Under the pieces are notes generated by a model. It searched no databases, was not told where the DNA came from, and worked only from the letters and a program-made list of their open reading frames with translations. 64,000 bases of DNA from assembly GCA_963702845.1 (NCBI GenBank), contig OY969763.1, positions 2,944,001-3,008,000 of the forward strand. The letters run 5' to 3'. A program made the position numbers and the translations under genes. The stretch comes from an uncultured Verrucomicrobiae bacterium. Lineage in GTDB: Bacteria; Verrucomicrobiota; Verrucomicrobiia; Limisphaerales; Palsa-1400. Each line of letters begins with the position of its first letter. Positions within the stretch are counted from its first letter, which is position 1. Shown here piece after piece: positions 41,042 through 50,607 of this stretch.

Positions 41042-41934
41042 ATGGAAAACAACACCAATCCAAGCCCCCAAATCGAGAAGAAGCAAAGCGGGGCAGTCGT
41101 GACGTTCTGCCGGCTAACCTCGTCGCTCTACGTGGTCGCGGGGGCGGTTATTGTCGCGAGCATTATTATTGCCGGCACATTCGTGTATACTCAGCGCCTG
41201 GCTATGAATACTGCCCATGAGACTGCTCAGCGCCTGGCCGCTAATGCCGGCCATGACGCTGCCCAGCAATTGGGCTTCAATGCTGGCCAGAAGCTGCCAA
41301 CCAACAAGGCGCTGCTGCCGGTCAAAATCCGCAGACGCCGCCAGCCAGCCCCTCCAACCGATTAACGTGAGCGCGATAAGTACGAACGGCGAACCCTTTA
41401 TGGGTGAACCTAATGCGCCGGTGACGATTGTTGAATGGTCCGACTACCAATGCCCCTATTGCGAGCAATTTGAAGCCACCATCTTGCCCCAGCTTGATTC
41501 CCGCTATATTAAAACCGGCAAAGTAAAAATCGTCTTTAAAGATTTTCAATTCCTCGGGCCCAATTCTATCACGGCAGGTGAAGTTGCTCGCGCGGTTTGG
41601 CAGGCTTATCCGAACGACTTTTACCAATGGCGCCAGGCTATTTTTCAAAATCAGGGCGAGGAGAACCATAATGCCGACCCGAATGGTCTCACTACATATC
41701 TGAATTTGACCGCAGAAAGTGCCTGGCATTGACACTAATAAAATTGCCCAGCTTGTGGCACAAAACAAACTACAGTATGACGCCGCTATCAAAGCCGGCC
41801 AAACTGAGGCCAGCAAGTTCAGCGTTGACGGCACGCCTTCGTTCGTGATTGGCAACGGCAACCCGCCTATCATCGGCGGCGCGCCCTTCAACAATTCAGC
41901 AAGCTTATTGAAGCGCAGAAGAAGTAAATCGTAA
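41042..41934 (+). CDS. Membrane-anchored DsbA-like thioredoxin-fold protein, frameshifted
   Basis: N-terminal TM; GEPNAPVTIVEWSDYQCPYC; VDGTPSFVIG cis-Pro loop in a later frame. Confidence 0.85.
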
Positions 41935-41970
41935 TTATCAAGATCCCCGTGTAATCTCGTGCTGCTCCTT

Positions 41971-42871
41971 ATGCAGAAATTTCGACGGATTATGGTTCTG
42001 GCGTCACTTTCATTAGCGACGGTTGCCCTGGCACAAAACCGACGGCTCCTATTTTCCACGGCGCCCGGTGTCCTCGCCGAACGGCGGCACACTCCGCCGG
42101 GCGGTAATTACTTTGCCGACGCTTATGTTCGATTCCGAAACGAAAACCTACGATGCCAAAGTCGGCGAAGCGCAGGCGCCATTCGTCTTCAATCTTACCA
42201 ACGTCTGGACCAATGAAATCGTTATCGACCGCACCGCGACCAGTTGCGGTTGCACCGTGGCGAAGTTGCCCGAACAACCCTGGCACCTGAAACCGAGTGC
42301 CTACGGTGAAATCAAAGTCACCGTCAATCTCGCTGGTAAACCGCCCGGTTTAATTCAAAAGGAAGTGACCGTTTACACCTCCGTCGGCATGCGCATGCTC
42401 ACCGTCAAGGTGAATAATCCCGCTGTGGCCATGACCGAAGCGCAACGCAAGGCGAATGCCGAAAAAGCGATGAAAGATCGCCAGTCGATTTTCCATCGCG
42501 GCGCGACGGCTGATGACAACTGCGCTTCCTGCCACGTTGACAAAGGCGTCGGCCAGATAGGCGCAGGACTTTACGCCGCCGATTGTGGTATTTGCCACGA
42601 TTCACCTATTCGCGCGAGCGGCGTTCCGGATTTGAAAGCGCTCGCCGCAGTCAAAGACACCGACTTTGATTACTGGAAGGAATGGATCAGCGATGGCGGA
42701 AGAGTCGGCTCGATGATGCCGGCATTCGCCACGACCCATGGCGGGCCGTTGAACTGAGGCCGAAGTCAATAACGCTTGCCGCGTACCTGATTCTGATCCG
42801 TTTCGCGCCATCCGCAGTCGACGGACGGCGCTGTGACCAACGCCGCGTTGATCAAGAAACAGACCCCGTGA
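41971..42871 (+). CDS. DUF1573 plus diheme cytochrome c protein, frameshifted
   Basis: Signal; ATSCGCTVA; CASCH and CGICH heme motifs; SMMPAF axial Met. Confidence 0.8.
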
Positions 42872-43365
42872 AGACATTCACTTTCTTAATCGTGGCGTTC
42901 GCTGCTGCGTTACTGACTGGATGCGGCTCATCCTCATCCCCGTCGAAAGATGAAGTCGAAAAGGTCGTCGCATCCTACGTGGGCATGGCGCGAGCAGACA
43001 TAGGCGACGTTAAAGTGGATGAGTTCAAAATATTGAAGGACTACACGAAAAAAGTCGCGGACGAGGATGTATTCTTTCGTGAATTCGAAGCGCACTACAC
43101 CGTTACCTATCAGAACAATCCGTCGAAGCATTCTTTCACTGGAACTGTTGCGATGCTCAAGCAAGGGCGGAAATGGACGATGAGGAAAGACCTATGCACC
43201 ATCACTTCGGCGAATTCACCCCCGATCGTTGACGCAGAAACTCAAGCGGCTTCGGAAAAACAGGCGAACGATCCGCGACGGATTGAAGAGCCAAACCAGA
43301 AGATCCGCGAACAGCCTGCGAAAGCGCAAACAAATCAGCAGTGGCATGATTACGTTTCACCGTGA
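42868..43365 (+). CDS. Hypothetical lipoprotein
   Basis: GTG start, KTFTFLIVAFAAALLTG-C lipobox. Confidence 0.7.
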   Translation: MKTFTFLIVAFAAALLTGCGSSSSPSKDEVEKVVASYVGMARADIGDVKVDEFKILKDYTKKVADEDVFFREFEAHYTVTYQNNPSKHSFTGTVAMLKQGRKWTMRKDLCTITSANSPPIVDAETQAASEKQANDPRRIEEPNQKIREQPAKAQTNQQWHDYVSP

Positions 43366-44546
43366 GATCGCGAGTAGTCATTGTCAGTTCACTTCTTTGC
43401 AATGTGCTGCTGTTTGGTTTGGTTTTGTATTTGGGCACGAACAGAACAGCTTCCCTCCGGATCAATCCAGTTCAGAGCACGCCGGGCGCTGGCCTGCGCA
43501 CGAAAACCAATGTTGTCATCAAGCCGTTCAATTGGCAGCAGGTTGAGTCGCCGGACTATAAGACCTTTATTGCCAATCTGCGCGCCATCGGATGTCCGGA
43601 AGAAACAATTCGCGACATCGTCATTGCCGATGTGAACAAGCTTTTTGCCGCGCGCGAACGGGCAGTGTCGGGGGCCGATGCCTGGAAATATTGGCGCGCG
43701 AACAACCCGTTACCGGCAAGAATCAGCAAGGAACGCGATGCGCAATTGGCGGCCTTGCATGAACAGAAGCGGGCGGTGATCCGCGCATTGCTCGGAATCG
43801 AGCTGGATGAAGAGATGGCGAAATACGATTCCGGCACGAGTGAAATTTCGCATTTGGATTTTTTGTCATCACAAAAACGGGCGCAAATTCTGGCGATTCA
43901 AAATCGGTTCAAGGAAGCGCAAACAGCGGATTTATGCGAAGGCGGAAACGGCTTGGAGTCGCTCCCGACTGGAAGCAATTGAAAGCCGTTTTCGACCAGC
44001 GGGAATCGGAGTTGGCGCAAGTGCTCTCCAGTGACGAGTTGCGCGAGTATCAATTGCGCAAGGACGAAACGGCGGACAATTTGCGGCGCAACCTGGTCGG
44101 GTTTGCGCCTTCTGAAGCCGAGTTTCAATCGTTATTTCAATTGTTAAAGGCGCACGAGGACAAGTTCAGTTATGCGGATCCCGGCGATGATTCGCTCCCG
44201 GAACAAAAATGGAAGGACCGCGGCGGCGATGGACGAACAAATCAAGAGTTTGTTGGGTGACACGCGCTATGCGGAGTATAAACGCGCGAATAATCCGCAG
44301 TTTCAGGAGTTGTATCAATTCACGCAGCAATTTGATTTGCCGGCAGAGACGGCGGCGGCAATTCTTGATCGACACCAGCAGATGCAGAATGAACTCCGCC
44401 AATATTCAACGCTCAGTCCGGATCAGCAACAGCAGCAGTTGACGCGGCTGCAAGGAGAGATGGATTCGATGTTGCGCGATAAGCTGGGCGACAAAGCATA
44501 TACGCTGTTCCAGGAGCGAGGCGTTGAGCATTGGCTTGGAAATTAG
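43362..44546 (+). CDS. Hypothetical helical protein with N-terminal anchor, two frameshifts
   Basis: FNWQQVESPDYKTFIANLRAIGCPEETIRDIV; continues in ORFs 43934-44260 and 44172-44546. Confidence 0.7.
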
Positions 44547-44576
44547 AGGAGTTCGGTCGAGGACGGAAGCAACGGG

Positions 44577-44603
44577 AAAGCGGCAGAGGGCTGCCGACTC
44601 CAA
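44577..44603. repeat. REP-like hairpin
   Basis: AAAGCGGCAGAGGGCTGCCGACTCCAA (CGGCAG/CTGCCG stem). Confidence 0.55.
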
Positions 44604-44614
44604 GCCAGCAAACA

Positions 44615-44719
44615 GGTGTCCTCACTATCATTTTCCATTTTCGATATCCCACCCCGCTTGACACAGTAGCAATGTTACTCAAACTCAACGGAGGCGACCA
44701 CGAGGCGAGGTAAATCGTC
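44615..44719 (+). repeat. ~100-bp direct repeat, copy 2
   Basis: Aligns with 39842-39943; directly abuts the right 25-bp repeat. Confidence 0.9.
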
Positions 44720-44744
44720 GGGAAGCACCCCGCTGCCCTCTGCA
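44720..44744 (+). repeat. Right direct repeat (att/TSD-like)
   Basis: GGGAAGCACCCCGCTGCCCTCTGCA followed by TCCCTGGG. Confidence 0.75.
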
Positions 44745-44884
44745 TCCCTGGGCTGAGCGGACTAAACCCCTTTGAGGTTTTATTACACAACGTTGACACG
44801 CCGTTGCTTCACGTTATAATCCCTTCGGCCGCTGGCCCTTACCGGCATTCGGGGAAGTGCAACCCGGATTATGATCTTTGACAA

Positions 44885-44972
44885 AAGTAGAAACATTTCT
44901 TTCTACTAAGTTTCTCCACTTGGCAACTAATTGCCGGAAGTTGAAGGAAGTTGCCAGAAGTAGAAACATTTC
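44885..44972. repeat. 15-bp direct repeat enclosing 10-bp-period repeats
   Basis: AAGTAGAAACATTTC at 44885 and 44958; TTGCCGGAAG TTGAAGGAAG TTGCCAGAAG at 44931-44960. Confidence 0.7.
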
Positions 44973-45068
44973 GATGATATTCTTTGATCCTGTTGTTTTA
45001 GGCCACAAACCAGACGCGGGGTTATTGTTGAGGACGGATTAGCGCTAACATTAATAAAGAGGAAATTA

Positions 45069-45092
45069 GAGCCTTCTGACGTCGGCTACTAC
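45069..45092 (-). repeat. GTAG-family REP
   Basis: Minus strand GTAGTAGCCGACGTCAGAAGGCTC; similar to 49396-49417. Confidence 0.6.
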
Positions 45093-45220
45093 GAGGGATT
45101 GGGTTTTGTGTCATTAAGAGTTTCTTAGGTCGTGGTTCTAATTCAATGGCGCGTCGATGCTGCTTGCTGTTGGGCGTGAATCAGGGCAATGAATAGACAC
45201 CCAACGGACACTACTCACTT

Positions 45221-46150
45221 ATGAGGATCAGGAAGCTTGTACGTTGGGGTTCTGCAAACGCATTTGCAGGTGCCGCCTTTACTTTAATTGAGCTGCTGGT
45301 GGTGATCGCGATCATTGCGATTCTGGCGGCGATGTTACTTCCCACTTTGAGCCGCGCGAAGGATAAGGCGCTGGCGACGTCGTGCTTAAGTAATACGAGG
45401 CAGATCGCCCTGGGTGTTATGATGTACGCGGGCGATAATCAGGATTATTTTCCGCAGGTAACTCCGTGGTGGACTGCCGGGCCTTATCAAAATTCTGCTG
45501 GTTTGGCGTGCGGTGGTGAATGGTTTCGTAAGGATCGGGTTACTCCAAATACGATCGCTCCCATGTTGCAGAAGTATGTGGTGAATGATGTGGTTTGGAC
45601 GTGTCCGAAGCGCAAACGTGGCCTTAGTTATGGCGTTGGGAGTTCGGTGAAACCGGGGCATCCCAGCGTCACGGGTTTTCTTTCGTATGGTTTCAATGAA
45701 ATCGGCGTTTTTGGCGGGCCGGATTTAGCTACCGGCGATATGACCGGAAATATTCAAAAGTTCAAATCTGCCAGCGTGCAAAGGCCGGCATCGATGGTGG
45801 CTATCTGTGATTGTAGCGGTTCGATTGACCCTTCGCACATTAACGGCGACGCGGATGCAGCGTGGCTGGACACAGTTTGGGCGGGGGGATCCGGTCCGAC
45901 AATGGCGGTCGCTGGATTTAATGGACGGGTGCAGACGGCTTACGCGAAGCATGCGAACCGAATCAATGTGATTTATGTGGATGGTCACGCCGCGGCGACA
46001 TATCCGAGCCAGCTGACGTGGGGCCAGTTCTGGGGAGAGTTCAGGACTGGGATCGTCCTTAAAGCGTACAACGGCGCCACCAAGGTCTCAGACGCTTTTA
46101 TCAGCAAAGCTGCATATGACCCGCTGCAATGGTCGAACGCGGCCGAGTAG
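45221..46150 (+). CDS. Prepilin-type N-terminal cleavage/methylation protein with H-X9-DG motif
   Basis: [37 protein letters not shown]. Confidence 0.92.
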   Translation: MRIRKLVRWGSANAFAGAAFTLIELLVVIAIIAILAAMLLPTLSRAKDKALATSCLSNTRQIALGVMMYAGDNQDYFPQVTPWWTAGPYQNSAGLACGGEWFRKDRVTPNTIAPMLQKYVVNDVVWTCPKRKRGLSYGVGSSVKPGHPSVTGFLSYGFNEIGVFGGPDLATGDMTGNIQKFKSASVQRPASMVAICDCSGSIDPSHINGDADAAWLDTVWAGGSGPTMAVAGFNGRVQTAYAKHANRINVIYVDGHAAATYPSQLTWGQFWGEFRTGIVLKAYNGATKVSDAFISKAAYDPLQWSNAAE

Positions 46151-46162
46151 TCTCCTGACGGT

Positions 46163-46606
46163 TTATTTGCGAAGGAGGTATAGACCACCGATCGCCATTG
46201 CAACGCCAAGAAGTCGCGGCCATGAAGCGGATTCTTTGAAAAAGAAGATGCCTGACACAGCCATGATGGCAGCGCCACCTGCGAGGATCATCGGCACGGC
46301 AGAAAGCGGGCCGCCTTTTTGAAACAGTAGAAAGAAAAGAATAGTGCCGATACCGACGCAGATGCCGGTGAGGAGCGACCACCCAACGCCGGGCGTGCTC
46401 GCCTGCTGTTGCCAGCGTCCGGAAAAATAAAGAAATCCAAGGTAGACCAGAATGGTGAGGGCTGCGCTGGCTTCGACAACGAAGCCGCCAAGGCCATCGC
46501 TGATGTGATCGGAAGCGAGATTGGTGAAAACTTGGTGCAGGCCGTAGAGGACAGCGGCGCCAATGGCGTACCAGAACCAGTTGCTCATAGGCTTTGTGTT
46601 GGTCAT
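46163..46606 (-). CDS. EamA/DMT-family small membrane protein
   Basis: Five TM helices, GGPLS, FFKES...LLG. Confidence 0.8.
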   Translation of the reverse strand: MTNTKPMSNWFWYAIGAAVLYGLHQVFTNLASDHISDGLGGFVVEASAALTILVYLGFLYFSGRWQQQASTPGVGWSLLTGICVGIGTILFFLLFQKGGPLSAVPMILAGGAAIMAVSGIFFFKESASWPRLLGVAMAIGGLYLLRK

Positions 46607-46716
46607 TGCGCGTTGGGGGAATATGCGGCGAGGAGCGGGAAGCGTCTAGATGCGAGAGATGCAATCCGCCCCTTTTGGAAGCTGTTGGACAGAGGTGATC
46701 CCCGTCTGACACTTCG

Positions 46717-48150
46717 CTATACTTGCCTGCGTCCGGAACGCATCGCCAATGACAATAGCGGACCGGTCATGCAAGTGGTCACCAGGGCCATGACCACCAT
46801 CATGGTGAAGACTCGCGGGGAGAGGATGCCGAGATCGAAGCCGATGTTGAGGACGATGAGTTCGACGAGGCCACGCGTGTTCATCATTGCGCCAAGGGCA
46901 AAGGAGTCGCGCCAGTTCATCCCGGTCCAACGCGCGATAATCATGCTACCGCCGAGTTTTCCGAGGGTGGCGACGGCGATCAGTCCCAGACAGATGGAAG
47001 CGGTTTGCCAATCGTTGAGCAGGCCAATTTGTGTGCGTAAGCCGGTAAACGCGAAGAATAACGGCAGGAGGAATGCGGAGCTGAAGCTTTCGAGTCGCTC
47101 ACGCAATTGGGCACGGAATTCAGTTCGTTGCGGCATGCAGACGCCAGACATGAATGCTCCGAACAATGCGTGGATACCGATGATTTCGGTGAGCAGGCCG
47201 CAGGCGAAAACGAGCACAAGTACGGCAACAATGGTGTTGCGAGTGAGCGTTGGCGTTGATTGCGGCGCGGGAGTGAGCGAGCGTTGGAGGAATGGTTTTA
47301 CGATGAGGAGCATCGCGGCGAAGAACATGACGAGGAGAACAATTGTCGTCCAACAGTTGGCTGGGCTTTGAGATTTGGCGAACGCAACGACGAAGGCGAG
47401 GATAGTCCATGCCGTGACGTCATCGACGGCAGCGCAGGTTAGAGCGGTTGAGCCGAGTTGGCTTTTGGTGAGGCCGCGTTCTTCGATGATCCGCGCGAGC
47501 ACCGGAAATGCGGTGATGCTCATGGCGATGCCCATGAACAGCGCGAAGGGAGTGAAATGAACATTCGAGGCGGCGTAAGCGCGGTAGATGAACAATGATA
47601 CAAGGACGCCGAGAAAATAGGGAAAAACGATGCTGGCGTGACTGACCATGACGGCGGTCCGCGCTTTGCTGCGGAGTTGTTTGACGTCAAGTTCCATCCC
47701 GACGACGAACATGAAAAGAATGACGCCGATCTGGCTGAGAATGCGAAGGGCACCGAGGGAGTTGGGCGGAAAAACGAACTGGAACGCGGCGGGAAAAAGC
47801 GCCCCGACAACGGACGGCCCAAGAACGATGCCGGCAACCATTTCGCCGATGACGGCAGGCTGGTGCAGTTTGACAAAAACTGCGGCGAACAAACGTGCGA
47901 GCAGAACGATGAGGATGAGTTGAACGAGCAAGAGGCTCAGGGGTTCGCGAAGGTTTTCACGAATTCCCTGGAGTGAACTGGAGATAGAATTGTTGTTTAA
48001 GGGCGTCGTGATTGTAGCAGTGGATTGCGGCGCGGTGATTGTTTGTTGTTCGAGATGTTTGCCTTCCTGAAGGATGAACCAGATGCCGACGCCGCACGCC
48101 ACAACCACGGCGGTATAGGCGAGATACAGAATTAGGTTTGAGCGCGTCAC
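46717..48150 (-). CDS. CPA2 cation:proton antiporter (Kef/NapA-like)
   Basis: QPAVIGEMVAGIVLGPS, SITAFPVLARI, AAVDD, LGKLGG, MNTRGLVEL. Confidence 0.92.
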   Translation of the reverse strand: MTRSNLILYLAYTAVVVACGVGIWFILQEGKHLEQQTITAPQSTATITTPLNNNSISSSLQGIRENLREPLSLLLVQLILIVLLARLFAAVFVKLHQPAVIGEMVAGIVLGPSVVGALFPAAFQFVFPPNSLGALRILSQIGVILFMFVVGMELDVKQLRSKARTAVMVSHASIVFPYFLGVLVSLFIYRAYAASNVHFTPFALFMGIAMSITAFPVLARIIEERGLTKSQLGSTALTCAAVDDVTAWTILAFVVAFAKSQSPANCWTTIVLLVMFFAAMLLIVKPFLQRSLTPAPQSTPTLTRNTIVAVLVLVFACGLLTEIIGIHALFGAFMSGVCMPQRTEFRAQLRERLESFSSAFLLPLFFAFTGLRTQIGLLNDWQTASICLGLIAVATLGKLGGSMIIARWTGMNWRDSFALGAMMNTRGLVELIVLNIGFDLGILSPRVFTMMVVMALVTTCMTGPLLSLAMRSGRRQV

Positions 48151-48217
48151 GGAAAAGCCAAGGTCGCACGGCCGATGCGGCACAACATTGAGGTGATTAC
48201 CACGGCGGCGCAGATCG

Positions 48218-49384
48218 CTACTTTACGTCGAGCTTCGTCCACCTGGCGTTGGCCTTCGATGAAGCGACGACGGCTTCGATGAATGCCATGCCGCGGACGC
48301 CGTCTTCGATGCGCGGGTAGTCCAACGCTGGATCGCTCGGCGCAAGTTTGCGTTTATCTTCGACGGCGCGAAGGTGGTTGGCGAAGTTTTTGTAAATGTT
48401 GGCGAAAGCTTCGAGGTAACCTTCGGGATGCGCGGGCGGAGTGCGACCGGCGGACTTCGCGGCGGCGCTGAGATATCCCTGAGCGGTGCGCAGGAGTTGA
48501 ACGGGTTGATCAGGCCATTTCGCGATGAGCGTGTTCGGTTCTCTTTGATGCCATTCGAGGCTGCCTTTTTCGCCGTGCACGCGGATGTTGAGATTGTTTT
48601 CCTCGCCAATGCTGATTTGGGAGGCGTGCAGAATTCCTTTGGCGCCGTTGTCGAAACGGAGGAGGACGTTGACGTCGTCATCGAGGACGCGGCCTTTGAC
48701 GAAGGTGGTGATGTCGGCAGCGAGTTCTTTGATTTTTATGCCGGTGATGTATTCGGCAAGATTTTCGGCGTGCGTGCCGATGTCGCCGACGCAGCCCCCT
48801 GCTCCGCTTTGTTTGGGGTCGGTGCGCCAGAAGGCCTGTTTTTGGCCGAGGATTTCAAGGCGCGTGGCAAGCCAGCCTTGTGGGTATTCGACAACGACTT
48901 TGCGGACCTTGCCGATTTTGCCGGACTTGACCATGTCGCGCGCTTCTTTGACGAGCGGGTAGCCGGTGTAGTTGTGAGTGAGCGCGTAGAGCAGGCCAGT
49001 TTTTTTGACGAGGTCGCGAAGTTGTTTGGCTTGCTTGAGATTGAAGGTCGCGGGTTTGTCGCTGAGAACATGGAAGCCGTTTTCGAGAGCCATCTTCGCC
49101 GGAGGGAAATGCATGTGGTTCGGCGTGACGATGGCAATGAAGTCCACGCGCTTGTCCTTGGGCAGCTTGGCCTCGGACTTGATCATTTCCTCGAACGTGC
49201 CGTAACAACGATCCGGCGGCAGGAAAAGGTCTGCGCCGCTGGCTTTGCTTTTTTCGGGGTCGCTCGAAAACGCTCCGCAAACTAAATCAATCTGTTGATC
49301 CATGGCAGCGGCAATGCGATGCACTGCGCCAATGAAAGCACCACGGCCACCGCCCACCATTCCATAACGAAGTTTTCGGCTCAT
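48218..49384 (-). CDS. Gfo/Idh/MocA oxidoreductase
   Basis: GMVGGGRGAFIGAVHR, IVTPNHMH, DKP, GDIGTHA. Confidence 0.93.
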   Translation of the reverse strand: MSRKLRYGMVGGGRGAFIGAVHRIAAAMDQQIDLVCGAFSSDPEKSKASGADLFLPPDRCYGTFEEMIKSEAKLPKDKRVDFIAIVTPNHMHFPPAKMALENGFHVLSDKPATFNLKQAKQLRDLVKKTGLLYALTHNYTGYPLVKEARDMVKSGKIGKVRKVVVEYPQGWLATRLEILGQKQAFWRTDPKQSGAGGCVGDIGTHAENLAEYITGIKIKELAADITTFVKGRVLDDDVNVLLRFDNGAKGILHASQISIGEENNLNIRVHGEKGSLEWHQREPNTLIAKWPDQPVQLLRTAQGYLSAAAKSAGRTPPAHPEGYLEAFANIYKNFANHLRAVEDKRKLAPSDPALDYPRIEDGVRGMAFIEAVVASSKANARWTKLDVK

Positions 49385-49395
49385 AAATTTATTCC

Positions 49396-49417
49396 GCCTG
49401 CTTACGTTGGCGGCTAC
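49396..49417 (-). repeat. GTAG-family REP
   Basis: Minus strand GTAGCCGCCAACGTAAGCAGGC. Confidence 0.55.
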
Positions 49418-49505
49418 GTTGTGTTAGTTGTTGAATATTGATTGCGAACTACGCTTTTATAGAGAGACATGATTTGCCAGTCAATCAAAGGAGCGCGGAT
49501 ATAGT

Positions 49506-50537
49506 ATGTCATTTACTGCTGCACAAATCGCAAAAGACCTCGGCGGCGAGGTGCTCGGGGATGATTCATTGGCTCTGACGGGATTCGCACCCGCTACTAC
49601 TGCCAAACCCGGCGACCTGACGTTTGCCGAAAACGAAACGTTTTTTCTCAAGGCAGAACAAAGCGCGGCGAGCGCGATTTTGATTGATGGGCCGTTTACG
49701 TCAACGAAGAAGGTTTTGATCAAGGTAACCAACGCGCGCATTGCGTTCGCGAAAGTGTTGCCGTTTTTCTTTCCGGACAAAAAATTTGCGCCGGGTGTTC
49801 ATCCGACTGCGGCTATCGACGCGTCGGCAAAGGTTGATCCCAGTGCGCATGTCGGCCCGCATTGTGTCGTTGCCGAAGGTGTGAAGATTGGTGCGAATGT
49901 CGTTTTGGAAAGTGGGATTCATGTGGGGCCTTCGACGACAATCGGTGCGGACTCGCACATCTTTCCGAATGTTACGATTTATGCACTGACGCAAATTGGG
50001 CAGCGCGTGCGTATTCATGCCGGCACGGCAATTGGATCGGATGGTTTCGGTTATGTTTTTGATTCAGGCGTGCATCGTAAAATTCCGCAGGTGGGTTGCG
50101 TGATTATAGGAGATGATGTCGAAATCGGCTCCAATGTTTGTATTGATCGCGGTGCACTTGGGCCGACAACGATTGGTAAAGGGACGAAGATCGATAATCT
50201 TGTGCAGATCGCGCACAACGTCACGATTGGCGAACATTGTTTGATCGTCGGGCAAGCTGGTGTGGCTGGCAGCACCAAGATTGGGAATTACACGACGCTC
50301 GCCGGACAAGTCGGAGTTGCCGGGCATTTGAAGATCGGCAACAAGGTCATCGTCGCTGCGCAAAGCGGCGTGATGCATGATATTCCGGATGGCGCAAAAT
50401 ATCTCGGCGCGCCCGCGCAACCAGATCGCGACGCGAAACGGACGCTGATTGCGATTCAGCAGCTGCCGGAATTGATTCGACGCGTGAAGGAGTTGGAGAG
50501 GTGGGTTGGGCGTGCGCCTGATGGAACGAAGGAATAA
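49506..50537 (+). CDS. lpxD: UDP-3-O-(3-hydroxymyristoyl)glucosamine N-acyltransferase
   Basis: Hexapeptide repeats, [24 protein letters not shown]. Confidence 0.96.
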   Translation: MSFTAAQIAKDLGGEVLGDDSLALTGFAPATTAKPGDLTFAENETFFLKAEQSAASAILIDGPFTSTKKVLIKVTNARIAFAKVLPFFFPDKKFAPGVHPTAAIDASAKVDPSAHVGPHCVVAEGVKIGANVVLESGIHVGPSTTIGADSHIFPNVTIYALTQIGQRVRIHAGTAIGSDGFGYVFDSGVHRKIPQVGCVIIGDDVEIGSNVCIDRGALGPTTIGKGTKIDNLVQIAHNVTIGEHCLIVGQAGVAGSTKIGNYTTLAGQVGVAGHLKIGNKVIVAAQSGVMHDIPDGAKYLGAPAQPDRDAKRTLIAIQQLPELIRRVKELERWVGRAPDGTKE

Positions 50538-50545
50538 GTTTGGCT

Positions 50546-50598
50546 CCTCTCCCCAACCCTCTCCTCGCCGAACGTCGGCCTCGCACAGAGGAGAGGGA
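50546..50598. repeat. CCTCTCC-type intergenic palindromic element between convergent genes
   Basis: CCTCTCCCCAACCCTCTCCTC...GAGGAGAGGG; may act as a bidirectional terminator. Confidence 0.6.
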
Positions 50599-50607
50599 GA
50601 AGACAAC

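Noticed and set aside
46409..49285. Long antisense ORFs (46409-47371, 48374-49285; likewise 29311-30123, 30469-31218)
   Set aside because: Shadow frames of well-supported GC-rich genes on the opposite strand
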